A DNA stretch of 25,137 nucleotides, from positions 1-25,137 of the forward strand of contig JAHHRN010000010.1 in NCBI GenBank assembly GCA_020025775.1, in the 5' to 3' direction. The position numbers and the translations under genes are program-made. The notes beneath the pieces were generated by a model. The model was not told where the DNA came from and made no database searches. It saw nothing but the letters and a program-made list of their open reading frames with translations. Origin of the DNA: Acutalibacter sp. (GTDB lineage: Bacteria; Bacillota; Clostridia; Oscillospirales; Acutalibacteraceae). Within the stretch, counting starts at the first letter, position 1; the number at the start of each line of letters is the position of its first letter. Below are positions 15,872-24,075 of the stretch, piece by piece.

Positions 15872-17149
15872 TTAGTTGAGGGCTTTTAAAGCTCTTTGAC
15901 CGATGTCCTTGCGATAGAACATATCGTCGAAATGAATTTCCTGGACAGCCTCGTAGGCTTTATTGAGTGCATCCTGGAGGTCGTCGCCAGTAGCGGTAAC
16001 GCCAAGCACTCTGCCGCCCGCGGTTACGAGCTTGCCGTATTCTAACGCAGTACCGGCATGGTAAACAATGGTGTCCTGTAAGCTTTCTGCCTTGCCCAAA
16101 TCCATGGGAATGCCTTTTTTGTAGCTGGCAGGATAACCGCCGGAAGCCACAATCACGCAAGCAGCGGCACCATCTTTCCATTCGACCTCTAACTGGTCGA
16201 GGGTTTCATCATGTACAGCACGCATTACGGTGAGTAAATCGGTCTTTAAAAGCGGTAAAACAACCTGTGTTTCGGGGTCGCCGAAGCGGCAGTTGTATTC
16301 AATCACCTTCGGACCGTTTTTGGTGAGCATCAAGCCGAAATAGAGACAGCCTTTGAACGGGCAGCCCTCTTTCTGCATGGCATCGAGGGTCGGTAAAAAG
16401 ATTTTTTCCATGCACTCGTCGGCAATGGCTTTGGTGTAGTAGGGGTTCGGTGCAACCGTGCCCATACCGCCGGTGTTGAGACCCTTGTCGCCGTCTAAGG
16501 CGCGCTTGTGGTCCATGGAAGAAATCATGGGCACTAAGGTTTTGCCGTCTGTAAAGGAGAGAACGGAAACCTCGGGGCCTTCTAAAAATTCTTCGATAAC
16601 GATTTGGTTGCCGCTGTCGCCAAACTTCTTATCCTCCATAATGGAGTGAATGGCGTCTTTGGCTTCGGCTAAATCCTGTGCAAGCACAACGCCCTTGCCG
16701 AGCGCTAAGCCGTCCGCTTTGATAACGGTCGGGAAGGTGTTCTGCTCGGTGATGTAAGCGAGTGCGGCTTTCGGATCATCGAATACCGCATAATCTGCGG
16801 TCGGGATGCCGTATTTCTGCATAAGGTTCTTCGAGAAAACCTTGCTGCCTTCGATTCTGGCGGCTGCCTTATCGGGACCGAAGCACGGAATGCCCTCTGC
16901 TTCGAGCGCATCTACACAGCCGAGCACCAGCGGATCGTCCGGTGCAACGACGCAAAAATCAATGGCGTGTTCTTTTGCGAAGGTTACAATGCCGTCAATA
17001 TCCTTTGCGCCAATCGGCACGCAGGTGGCATCTGCCGCAATACCGCCGTTACCGGGGCAGGCAAAAATCTCTGTAACCTCTTTGTTTTCTTTTAATTTCT
17101 TAATGATGGCGTGTTCTCTGCCGCCGCCACCGACTACAAGAAGCTTCAA
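15872..17149 (-). CDS. purD: phosphoribosylamine-glycine ligase
   Basis: (M)KLLVVGGGGREHA N-terminus and ATP-grasp body. Start reset to the TTG at 17149 (AAAGGAAG 8 nt upstream), because the ORF-track extension overlaps the purH stop. Confidence 0.93.
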   Translation of the reverse strand: MKLLVVGGGGREHAIIKKLKENKEVTEIFACPGNGGIAADATCVPIGAKDIDGIVTFAKEHAIDFCVVAPDDPLVLGCVDALEAEGIPCFGPDKAAARIEGSKVFSKNLMQKYGIPTADYAVFDDPKAALAYITEQNTFPTVIKADGLALGKGVVLAQDLAEAKDAIHSIMEDKKFGDSGNQIVIEEFLEGPEVSVLSFTDGKTLVPMISSMDHKRALDGDKGLNTGGMGTVAPNPYYTKAIADECMEKIFLPTLDAMQKEGCPFKGCLYFGLMLTKNGPKVIEYNCRFGDPETQVVLPLLKTDLLTVMRAVHDETLDQLEVEWKDGAAACVIVASGGYPASYKKGIPMDLGKAESLQDTIVYHAGTALEYGKLVTAGGRVLGVTATGDDLQDALNKAYEAVQEIHFDDMFYRKDIGQRALKALN

Positions 17150-17169
17150 ATTAAACGCTTCCTTTCTTC

Positions 17170-18348
17170 TTAGTGATGGAACAGGCGGAAGCCTGTAAAT
17201 GCCATAGCAATGCCGTATTTGTTGCAGCAATCAATGACAATGTCGTCGCGGATAGAGCCGCCGGGCTGTGCAATGTAAGCTACACCGCTGCGCTTTGCTC
17301 TTTCAATGTTGTCATCGAAGGGGAAGAACGCATCAGAGCCGAGAGCTACGTCGTTGATTTGAGAAAGATAAGCTTTCTTTTCTTCGCGGGTCATAGGCTC
17401 GGGACGGGTGTTGAAGGTCTTCTGCCAAACATCATCACCGATAACATCCTCATAATCATCGGAAAGATAAACGTCAATCGCGTTGTCACGATTCGGCTTA
17501 GCCACATCGCTTCTGAAGTCGAGTGCCAAAACCTTCGGATGCTGGCGAAGATGCCAAAGGTCTGCCTTGTTGCCGGCGAGACGTGTGCAGTGGATTCTGG
17601 ACTGCTGACCTGCGCCGACACCGATGGTCTGACCGTCCTTTGCATAGCAAACGGAGTTGGACTGGGTGTATTTTAAGGTGATGAGCGCTAAAATAAGGTC
17701 GCGCTTTGCACTTTCGGGGAACTCTTTATTTTCAGTAACGAGATTCTCGAGAGCGGTTTCATCAATTTTATAGTTGTTTCTGCCCTGCTGGAAGGTGATG
17801 CCGAACACGTCCTTCTGCTCAATCTCTTCGGGAACGTAGTCGGGGTCGATTTTTACAATGTTGTAGTTACCCTTTCTCTTGGATTTTAAAATCTCCAAGG
17901 CTTCGGGCTCATAGCCGGGTGCGATAATACCGTCGGAAACCTCATGCTGAATGAGCTTTGCGGTGGGAACGTCACAAACATCGGAAAGAGCAATCCAGTC
18001 ACCGAAGGAGGACATTCTATCTGCACCTCTGGCACGCATATAAGCGCAGGCGAGGGGAGAAAGCTCAGCATCTTCCGGAACGGAATAGCTCTTTTTAAGA
18101 ACATCGGAAAGCGGAAGACCGAGTGCCGCGCCGGCGGGGCTTACGTGCTTGAAGGAAGCAGCGGCGGGAAGACCTAAAGCCGTCTTTAATTCCTTAACAA
18201 GCTGCCAGCTGTTGAAAGCGTCTAAAAAGTTGATGTAACCGGGTCTGCCGTTTAAAACTTCAATCGGAAGTTCTGCATCGTGCTTCATGAAAATCTTTGC
18301 CGGCTTCTGGTTCGGGTTGCAGCCGTATTTTAATTCAAATTCTTTCAT
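17170..18348 (-). CDS. purH: AICAR formyltransferase (PurH C-terminal-domain-only protein, no MGS-like cyclohydrolase domain)
   Basis: LKYGCNPNQ, SFKHVSPAG, GVGAGQQSR, GSDAFFPF.D, QPGGSIRD, TGFRLFHH match the AICARFT blocks. At 392 aa it lacks the roughly 200-aa N-terminal IMPCH domain. Confidence 0.9.
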   Translation of the reverse strand: MKEFELKYGCNPNQKPAKIFMKHDAELPIEVLNGRPGYINFLDAFNSWQLVKELKTALGLPAAASFKHVSPAGAALGLPLSDVLKKSYSVPEDAELSPLACAYMRARGADRMSSFGDWIALSDVCDVPTAKLIQHEVSDGIIAPGYEPEALEILKSKRKGNYNIVKIDPDYVPEEIEQKDVFGITFQQGRNNYKIDETALENLVTENKEFPESAKRDLILALITLKYTQSNSVCYAKDGQTIGVGAGQQSRIHCTRLAGNKADLWHLRQHPKVLALDFRSDVAKPNRDNAIDVYLSDDYEDVIGDDVWQKTFNTRPEPMTREEKKAYLSQINDVALGSDAFFPFDDNIERAKRSGVAYIAQPGGSIRDDIVIDCCNKYGIAMAFTGFRLFHH

Positions 18349-18358
18349 GTTTTTCTCC

Positions 18359-19072
18359 TTATTTGTTTTTATTTACAATTCTGTCCGTGGCTTCCTGTGT
18401 AGCTAAATCTACATAGCGCACGAAAAGAGAAACCTTATTGTCTTCGTTTAAATTCTCCCAAAGCAGAGAAGTGAATTCATCAATATCATCGGGAACGGTG
18501 ATTTTTTCGGGCTCACCCTCGAAGGACGGAAGCGGACTGCCGTCGCCCATGTAGGTGTGGATGAAGTGACCCACGCCGTTTAAGGGGTTGGAATAGGAGA
18601 AGGTGAAGCGCTCGGTGCTGTCGGGGTTGCCGTCAGCGGATTTCAAAATCGACATAGCGTAGTTAAAGCCGCCGTTCTCGAAATGTAAAATACCGGAAAT
18701 TCTAGGGGTGTAGTTCGGTGCATCGTCCTCATAGGTTCTGGTGCGCAGAGCCTGTTCAAAGGTCATCTGCTTATCCATGAGCTCATAAATGGTGTCAGTC
18801 TGGTCACCGTTGGTTACAATCGTTTTGTTGCCGAGCACGCGAACGGGATGATAAATAATCAAATGCGGGTCAGTGAGCTTGCTTTCGTCAAAAGCCTTGG
18901 TGCGAATACCGGTTTCGGTAGCTTCAAATACACGGTTGCGGCTGTTAACGCTTCTGCCCATGATGAAATAGGCAATGGCGGCCTTTTTGCCGTCGGGGGT
19001 TTTACCGATAATAATGCCTCTGCCCGGATAAGCATTTTCAGAAAGCAGAGACTTAATGTCGAGTGTTTTCAT
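18359..19072 (-). CDS. purO: IMP cyclohydrolase, PurO-like (archaeal type)
   Basis: 237 aa with AYPGRGIIIGKTPDG...AIAYFIMGRS...VTNGDQTD resembling the PurO / IMP_cyclohyd family. It sits between purN and the AICARFT gene. Confidence 0.75.
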   Translation of the reverse strand: MKTLDIKSLLSENAYPGRGIIIGKTPDGKKAAIAYFIMGRSVNSRNRVFEATETGIRTKAFDESKLTDPHLIIYHPVRVLGNKTIVTNGDQTDTIYELMDKQMTFEQALRTRTYEDDAPNYTPRISGILHFENGGFNYAMSILKSADGNPDSTERFTFSYSNPLNGVGHFIHTYMGDGSPLPSFEGEPEKITVPDDIDEFTSLLWENLNEDNKVSLFVRYVDLATQEATDRIVNKNK

Positions 19073-19088
19073 ATGTAAAAATCCTTTC

Positions 19089-19715
19089 TCATTCCTCTAT
19101 AAATGCCTTGCCGTCGCGCCAAACAATTTTGTCGCTGCAAAAGCAGGCGGCGGCTTTGGGAAGAAGCTTCCATTCGCATTCTTCCATAACGCGCTTTTGC
19201 AAAATCTCCGGTGTATCATCGGGAAGCACCGGAACTGCCTTTTGCAAAAGAATCGCGCCGCCGTCACAAACTTCGGAAACGAAATGTACCGTTGCGCCCG
19301 TTACCTTCACACCGCTTTCGAGTACCGCCTCATGTACGTGCAGGCCGTAAAAGCCTTTGCCGCAAAACGAGGGGATTAGCGCGGGGTGAATGTTTAAAAT
19401 TTTCTGTGGGAATGCTCTTGTCACCTGTTCGTCTAAAATGGTTAAGAAGCCGGCTAAGATGACTAAATCTGCGCCTTCTTCTCTAAGAGCATCTACCATA
19501 GCTTTGGAATATTCTGCTGTCGAAGCAAAATCCTTTTTGCAAAGCACGCGCCCCTTTACGCCATGCTTTTTGGCACGTTCCAAAGCATAGGCTTCGGGGT
19601 TGGAGGCAATCACGCAGGTGATTTTTCCGTTCGGAATATCCCCACGTGCTTCGGCATCCAACAGGGCTTGCAGATTGGTTCCGCCGCCCGAAACGAGCAC
19701 CACAATTCGTTTCAA
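19089..19715 (-). CDS. purN: phosphoribosylglycinamide formyltransferase
   Basis: (M)KRIVVLVSGGGTNLQALLDA, NIHPALIPSF, GATVHFV. TTG start codon. Confidence 0.93.
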   Translation of the reverse strand: MKRIVVLVSGGGTNLQALLDAEARGDIPNGKITCVIASNPEAYALERAKKHGVKGRVLCKKDFASTAEYSKAMVDALREEGADLVILAGFLTILDEQVTRAFPQKILNIHPALIPSFCGKGFYGLHVHEAVLESGVKVTGATVHFVSEVCDGGAILLQKAVPVLPDDTPEILQKRVMEECEWKLLPKAAACFCSDKIVWRDGKAFIEE

Positions 19716-19735
19716 ATCAATCGCATCCTTTTTGT

Positions 19736-20773
19736 TTAATAGAAGAGAACCTCTTTGCTGCCCTCTGTAATTTCGCCCATAACATAAGCATCTTCACCGT
19801 TGGCTTTGAGAACCTCAAGTGCTTTGTCTGCATCTTCGGCGTTTACAACAATTGCCATGCCGACGCCCATGTTAAAGGTGTTGAACATATCATGTTCGGA
19901 AATGTTGCCGGTTTTCTGTAAAAGACGGAAAATCGGAAGAATGTCGAGCGCATCTTTCTGAATCTTTACAGAGAAGCCTTCGGGAAGAATACGCGGAATG
20001 TTTTCATAGAAGCCGCCGCCGGTGATGTGAGAAACCGCTTTGATTTCTACTGCTTCAGCCAAAGCGAGAACGGGCTTAACATAAATCTTGGTGGGAGTCA
20101 AAAGAGCCTCGCCGAGCGTCATGCCGAGTTCGTCATAATATTTGTTGAGGTCGGCGTTTTCAACGTCAAATACCTTGCGAACCAAGGAGAAGCCGTTGGA
20201 GTGAACGCCGCTAGAACGAAGGGCGATAACCTTATCGCCGGCTTTCATGTTTTCGCTCTTGAAGATGTTCTTCTTGTCTACGATGCCGACAGTGAAGCCT
20301 GCAAGGTCGTAATCATCTTCTGCCATCATGCCGGGATGCTCAGCGGTTTCACCGCCGATGAGTGCAGCACCTGCTCTGACGCAGCCTTCTGCAACGCCGG
20401 AAACGATAGCAGCGATTTTCTCGGGCTCATTTTTGCCGCAAGCAATGTAGTCGAGGAAGAAAAGGGGTTTTGCGCCGCAGCAGATGACGTCATTGACACA
20501 CATAGCTACGCAGTCGATGCCGATGGTGTCATGCTTGTCTAAAAGCTCTGCAAGACGGAGCTTGGTACCAACGCCGTCGGTACCGCTGACCAAAATGGGT
20601 TCTTCCATCTTTTCGCCGCAAAGAGAATAAAGACCGCCGAAGCCGCCAATGTCGGAAATGCAACCTGCATTTACCGTGCGAGCGATATGCTCTTTCATGA
20701 GTTTTACGGATTCATAACCGGCGGTAATATCCACACCCGCCGCTTTATAGCTGTCAGAAAAACTGTTGTTCAT
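19736..20773 (-). CDS. purM: phosphoribosylformylglycinamidine cyclo-ligase (AIR synthase)
   Basis: [39 protein letters not shown]-like, [11 protein letters not shown] blocks. Confidence 0.95.
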   Translation of the reverse strand: MNNSFSDSYKAAGVDITAGYESVKLMKEHIARTVNAGCISDIGGFGGLYSLCGEKMEEPILVSGTDGVGTKLRLAELLDKHDTIGIDCVAMCVNDVICCGAKPLFFLDYIACGKNEPEKIAAIVSGVAEGCVRAGAALIGGETAEHPGMMAEDDYDLAGFTVGIVDKKNIFKSENMKAGDKVIALRSSGVHSNGFSLVRKVFDVENADLNKYYDELGMTLGEALLTPTKIYVKPVLALAEAVEIKAVSHITGGGFYENIPRILPEGFSVKIQKDALDILPIFRLLQKTGNISEHDMFNTFNMGVGMAIVVNAEDADKALEVLKANGEDAYVMGEITEGSKEVLFY

Positions 20774-20785
20774 TTGAAAGCTCCT

Positions 20786-22207
20786 TTAGTCGTTGATTTT
20801 GTGATTATATTTGTTGTCGAGTGCCTTTTTCGGAGGCTCTGTGGGATATTTGCCGTCAAAGCAAGCACAGCAGAAGGTGTCGGGAGCGGCATCGGTCAGG
20901 TGACGAACATCGTCTAAATCTAAGAAACCGAGAGAATCCGCACCGATGATGTCACAGATTTCTTTTACGCTGTGATTATTTGCAATGAGGTTGTCCTGAG
21001 AGGAAATATCCGTACCGAAGTAGCAGGGATACAGGAAGGGCGGCGCAGAAATGCGAACGTGCACTTCCTTAGCACCGGCTTCGCGAAGCTGTTTTACAAT
21101 ACGTGCACAGGTTGTACCGCGAACAATGGAGTCATCAATCATAACTACGCGCTTGTCCTTAACGGTAGAGGAAACAATGTTGAGCTTAATACGAACATCG
21201 TTTTCACGCATGGCCTGTGTCGGCTGAATGAAGCTTCTGCCGATGTATTTGTTCTTGATAAAGCCGAGACCGTAGGGGACGCCGGATTCTTCGGCATAAC
21301 CCATAGCGGCATCCAAACCGCTGTCCGGAACACCGATAACCACATCAGCATCTACCGGATGACGCTTTGCGAGGAAAGCACCAGCCTTTTTACGGGCAAG
21401 GTGAACCGAAGCACCTTCGACTCTGGAGTCGGGACGTGCAAAGTAAACATATTCAAATACGCAAAGCGATTTTTTGCATTCGCCGCAGTGACCGTCTAAA
21501 GAACGCATACCGTTCTTGTCTACGATAACGATTTCGCCGGGCTGTACGTCACGAACGTATTCTGCACCTAAGGTGGAGAGGGCACAGGTCTCGGAAGCAA
21601 AAATAATCTGGTCGTCCTTTTTGCCGATGCAAAGCGGTCTGAAGCCCATGGGGTCACGAGCCGCAATAAGCTTTGTGGGGGACATAATCACGAGAGAATA
21701 GGCACCCTTTAAGCGATACATGGCAGAGAAGAGAGCCGCCTCAATGGACGGTGCGCCGATGCGCTCTTTGGTAATGATATAGGAAATAACCTCGGTGTCG
21801 CTGTTGGAGTGGAAGATAGAACCGTTCAGCTCCAAGGACTCACGAAGCTCTGCGGCGTTGGTAAGACTGCCGTTATGTGCGATAGCCATGCTGCCCTTAA
21901 CGTGGTTGATTACCATGGGCTGTGCGTTTACAATGCCCTTGTTTTCGCTGGTGCCGTAACGAACGTGACCTACAGCGATTTGACCTTCGCCGAGAGCGGC
22001 GAGCTTGTCGGGGGTGAAAACATCACCGACAAGACCGTTCTCTTTATGGCAGGTGATGACACCGTCGTCATTCACCGCAATACCGCAGCTTTCCTGACCG
22101 CGGTGCTGTAATGCAAATAATGCGTAGTAAGCGGATGCGGCAACGTCGGTCTTTTTATTGGAATAAATACCGAAAACACCACATTCTTCATGGATAGAAT
22201 TAAACAT
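20786..22207 (-). CDS. purF: amidophosphoribosyltransferase (with N-terminal propeptide and C-terminal Fe-S cysteines)
   Basis: ...ECGVFGI catalytic Cys after a short propeptide, LQHRGQES, DDSIVRGTT PRPP motif, CCACFDGKYP. Confidence 0.95.
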   Translation of the reverse strand: MFNSIHEECGVFGIYSNKKTDVAASAYYALFALQHRGQESCGIAVNDDGVITCHKENGLVGDVFTPDKLAALGEGQIAVGHVRYGTSENKGIVNAQPMVINHVKGSMAIAHNGSLTNAAELRESLELNGSIFHSNSDTEVISYIITKERIGAPSIEAALFSAMYRLKGAYSLVIMSPTKLIAARDPMGFRPLCIGKKDDQIIFASETCALSTLGAEYVRDVQPGEIVIVDKNGMRSLDGHCGECKKSLCVFEYVYFARPDSRVEGASVHLARKKAGAFLAKRHPVDADVVIGVPDSGLDAAMGYAEESGVPYGLGFIKNKYIGRSFIQPTQAMRENDVRIKLNIVSSTVKDKRVVMIDDSIVRGTTCARIVKQLREAGAKEVHVRISAPPFLYPCYFGTDISSQDNLIANNHSVKEICDIIGADSLGFLDLDDVRHLTDAAPDTFCCACFDGKYPTEPPKKALDNKYNHKIND

Positions 22208-22243
22208 TAAACAACCTTCTTTTCTGAAACGAAATGAGCAGAA

Positions 22244-22957
22244 TTAGTCAGCAAGACCGAGACGATGATAAACTTCCTGGTAAGCGTCTTCTGCGCCGCC
22301 CATATCTCTTCTGAAACGATCCTTGTCGAGTTTGTCATTGGTGTCAACGTCCCAAAGGCGGCAGGTGTCGGGGGAGATTTCGTCTGCTAAAATAACGGTA
22401 CCGTCAGAGGTTTTACCGAATTCGATTTTGAAGTCGATGAGCTTTAAGCCGATGGAGAGGAACTTCTTCTTTAAGAATTCGTTTACCATCTTGGTGTATT
22501 TCTTAACGGTGTCGATTTCTTCCTGGGTTGCAAGACCAAGTGCAAGTGCATAGTCATCGTTGATGAAGGGATCGCCGAGGTCGTCGTTCTTGTAGCTGAA
22601 CTCTAAAATCGGCTGAAGGAGAGTTTTGCCCTCTTCAACGCCCATTCTCTTGGAGAAGCTGCCTGCTGCAACGTTACGTACGATAACTTCAAGCGGAAGA
22701 ATTTCAACCTTCTTAACGAGGGTTTCTCTGTCGGAAAGTTCCTCAACGAAGTGGGTCGGAACGCCTTCCTTTTCGAGTTCGGAAAGAAGAAGGTTGGTCA
22801 TGCGGTTGTTTACAACGCCCTTGCCTACGATGGTGCCCTTCTTTTCGCCGTTGAATGCGGTTGCATCGTCTTTGTAATCTACGATTAAGAGGTCTTTGTC
22901 ATCGGTCTTAAATACTTTCTTAGCTTTGCCTTCATAGAGCATTTCGAGTTTTTCCAT
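22244..22957 (-). CDS. purC: phosphoribosylaminoimidazole-succinocarboxamide (SAICAR) synthase
   Basis: [42 protein letters not shown]. Confidence 0.95.
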   Translation of the reverse strand: MEKLEMLYEGKAKKVFKTDDKDLLIVDYKDDATAFNGEKKGTIVGKGVVNNRMTNLLLSELEKEGVPTHFVEELSDRETLVKKVEILPLEVIVRNVAAGSFSKRMGVEEGKTLLQPILEFSYKNDDLGDPFINDDYALALGLATQEEIDTVKKYTKMVNEFLKKKFLSIGLKLIDFKIEFGKTSDGTVILADEISPDTCRLWDVDTNDKLDKDRFRRDMGGAEDAYQEVYHRLGLAD

Positions 22958-23026
22958 AATTTTTTCTCCTTTTATTTAAAAATGTTTTTTATTTATTATA
23001 TATAATATGGTATAGGGCTTTGCACT

Positions 23027-23521
23027 TTAGAAGTTTTCAAACTGTGCTTTGATGCGAGCGTCTTTGGCACGAACTTCTTCGGCGGCGGCATCACGCATAG
23101 CTTCTAACTTCTTATCTAAATCTGCATCGGAAAGTGCAAGCATTTCGGCAGCTAAAATCGCTGCATTCTTAGAACCGTTTACAGCAACGGTTGCAACGGG
23201 GATACCGCTCGGCATCTGTACAGTAGCGAGCAGAGCATCCATACCCTCGAAGGAGGATTTACCGGGAACGCCGATAATCGGGAGTGTTGTGTTTGCGGCT
23301 AAAACACCGCCGAGATGGGCTGCCATGCCAGCGATGGCGATTAATACACCAAACCCATTTTTCTTAGCATCCTTAGCGAAGCGGAAAGCTTCATCGGGGG
23401 TGCGGTGGGCAGACATTACACGAACTTCAAACGGAATGCCGAAGTCCTTTAACTGTTGTGCCGCTTTTTCGGCAATGGGTAAATCGGAATCCGAGCCCAT
23501 GATAATAGCTACTTTTTTCAT
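23027..23521 (-). CDS. purE: PurE, class I-like (N5-CAIR mutase signature)
   Basis: VAIIMGSDSD, VMSAHRTPD, AIAGMAAHLGGVLAA (class I G.AAHL.G rather than class II GRSNGLGP), GVP...VQMP.G.PVATVA. Confidence 0.9.
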   Translation of the reverse strand: MKKVAIIMGSDSDLPIAEKAAQQLKDFGIPFEVRVMSAHRTPDEAFRFAKDAKKNGFGVLIAIAGMAAHLGGVLAANTTLPIIGVPGKSSFEGMDALLATVQMPSGIPVATVAVNGSKNAAILAAEMLALSDADLDKKLEAMRDAAAEEVRAKDARIKAQFENF

Positions 23522-23552
23522 TTTTGTACCTCACTTTTGAAAAAATAAAAAA

Positions 23553-23584
23553 CAAAAAAACGGTGTAGTCTTAGACTACGCCGT
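23553..23584 (-). terminator. intrinsic terminator / attenuator between the 107-codon ORF and purE
   Basis: Minus-strand ACGGCGTAGTC-TAA-GACTACACCGT (11 bp, one mismatch) followed by T7. It lies 4 nt after the ORF stop and 32 nt before the purE ATG. Confidence 0.7.
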
Positions 23585-23588
23585 TTTG

Positions 23589-23912
23589 CTATGACAGAAT
23601 TTTATTGATGTTGTGAATTTCGTTGGAGCCTGCTTGCAGTTTGCGTGTGAAACCTGCACCTGCCCCCTCGTAGAACTGCTGGAATGCGCGCTTTTCGTGG
23701 AGTGTACCTATCTTGAGCATTTCGATGCAGCTTTCGGGTACGCGCACTTTGCCTGTCTCGCGGACGCAGTTCTCTCCCGGCGCACTTCCACCCGGTGCAT
23801 TTCCGGGGGTACCGTAAGACCATTTTTCTTTTCCCTTCGGCGCGCCGCAATACGCCCCAAGCTGTAAGAAAGGGGAAAAAACGCAAACTTTTGTTGTTCT
23901 TGTTTTAAACAT
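23589..23912 (-). CDS. hypothetical 107-aa protein or leader ORF upstream of purE, no family recognised
   Basis: AAGGAGG (23920-23926) 7 nt upstream of the ATG at 23912. About one third of codons begin with G in this frame. The region is also open in two other frames and has nested helices, so an RNA role cannot be excluded. Confidence 0.45.
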   Translation of the reverse strand: MFKTRTTKVCVFSPFLQLGAYCGAPKGKEKWSYGTPGNAPGGSAPGENCVRETGKVRVPESCIEMLKIGTLHEKRAFQQFYEGAGAGFTRKLQAGSNEIHNINKILS

Positions 23913-23946
23913 CGGCGAACCTCCTTAGAAAAGAAATCACACTCCT

Positions 23947-23975
23947 ATTCTACCTTTTCTATAGGTAAAAAGCAA
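23947..23975 (-). promoter_or_regulatory. sigma-A promoter TTGCTT-17-TAGAAT, probable pur operon promoter
   Basis: Minus-strand TTGCTT (23970-23975), 17-nt spacer, TAGAAT (23947-23952). It is bracketed by the inverted repeat TCCTATT...AATAGGA (23943-23949 / 23974-23980), a possible operator. Confidence 0.5.
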
Positions 23976-24029
23976 TAGGAAAGGCGAAAAAAAGAGAAGA
24001 TTGGCGACTCCTACAACTTCAATTCAAAA

Positions 24030-24068
24030 TTAAAAAGGCGTTTGTGAATTTTGCTAAACACAAACGCC
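24030..24068 (-). terminator. intrinsic terminator of the alpha/beta hydrolase gene
   Basis: GGCGTTTGTG...CACAAACGCC 10-bp stem followed by TTTTTAATTTTG on the minus strand, 8 nt after the stop. Confidence 0.8.
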
Positions 24069-24075
24069 CTATAGA

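Noticed and set aside
22958-23026. Very AT-rich purE-purC spacer containing TATAAT, a possible internal promoter that bypasses the leader terminator
   Set aside because: The best -35 candidates (TGCAAA/GCAAAG) are poor, and TATAAT-like strings are expected by chance in such AT-rich sequence. It is worth checking only if 5'-end data exist.
23602-23886. Two further ORFs in the pur leader (94 aa minus strand, 84 aa plus strand at 23613..23867)
   Set aside because: Neither has an RBS. Openness in several frames is expected in this GC-rich stretch. Only the 107-codon frame has a consensus RBS and a G-rich first codon position.
23589-23945. Partial resemblances to known riboswitches in the pur leader: GCGCCGGGAGAG (ykkC 3' end-like), CGCCGAAGGG and ACAGGCAAAG (glycine-like), GUUCUACGAGG (purine J2/3-like)
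   Set aside because: The pieces occur in the wrong order or spacing, and the other invariant cores are missing. From reading alone they are best treated as chance matches; cmscan would settle it.
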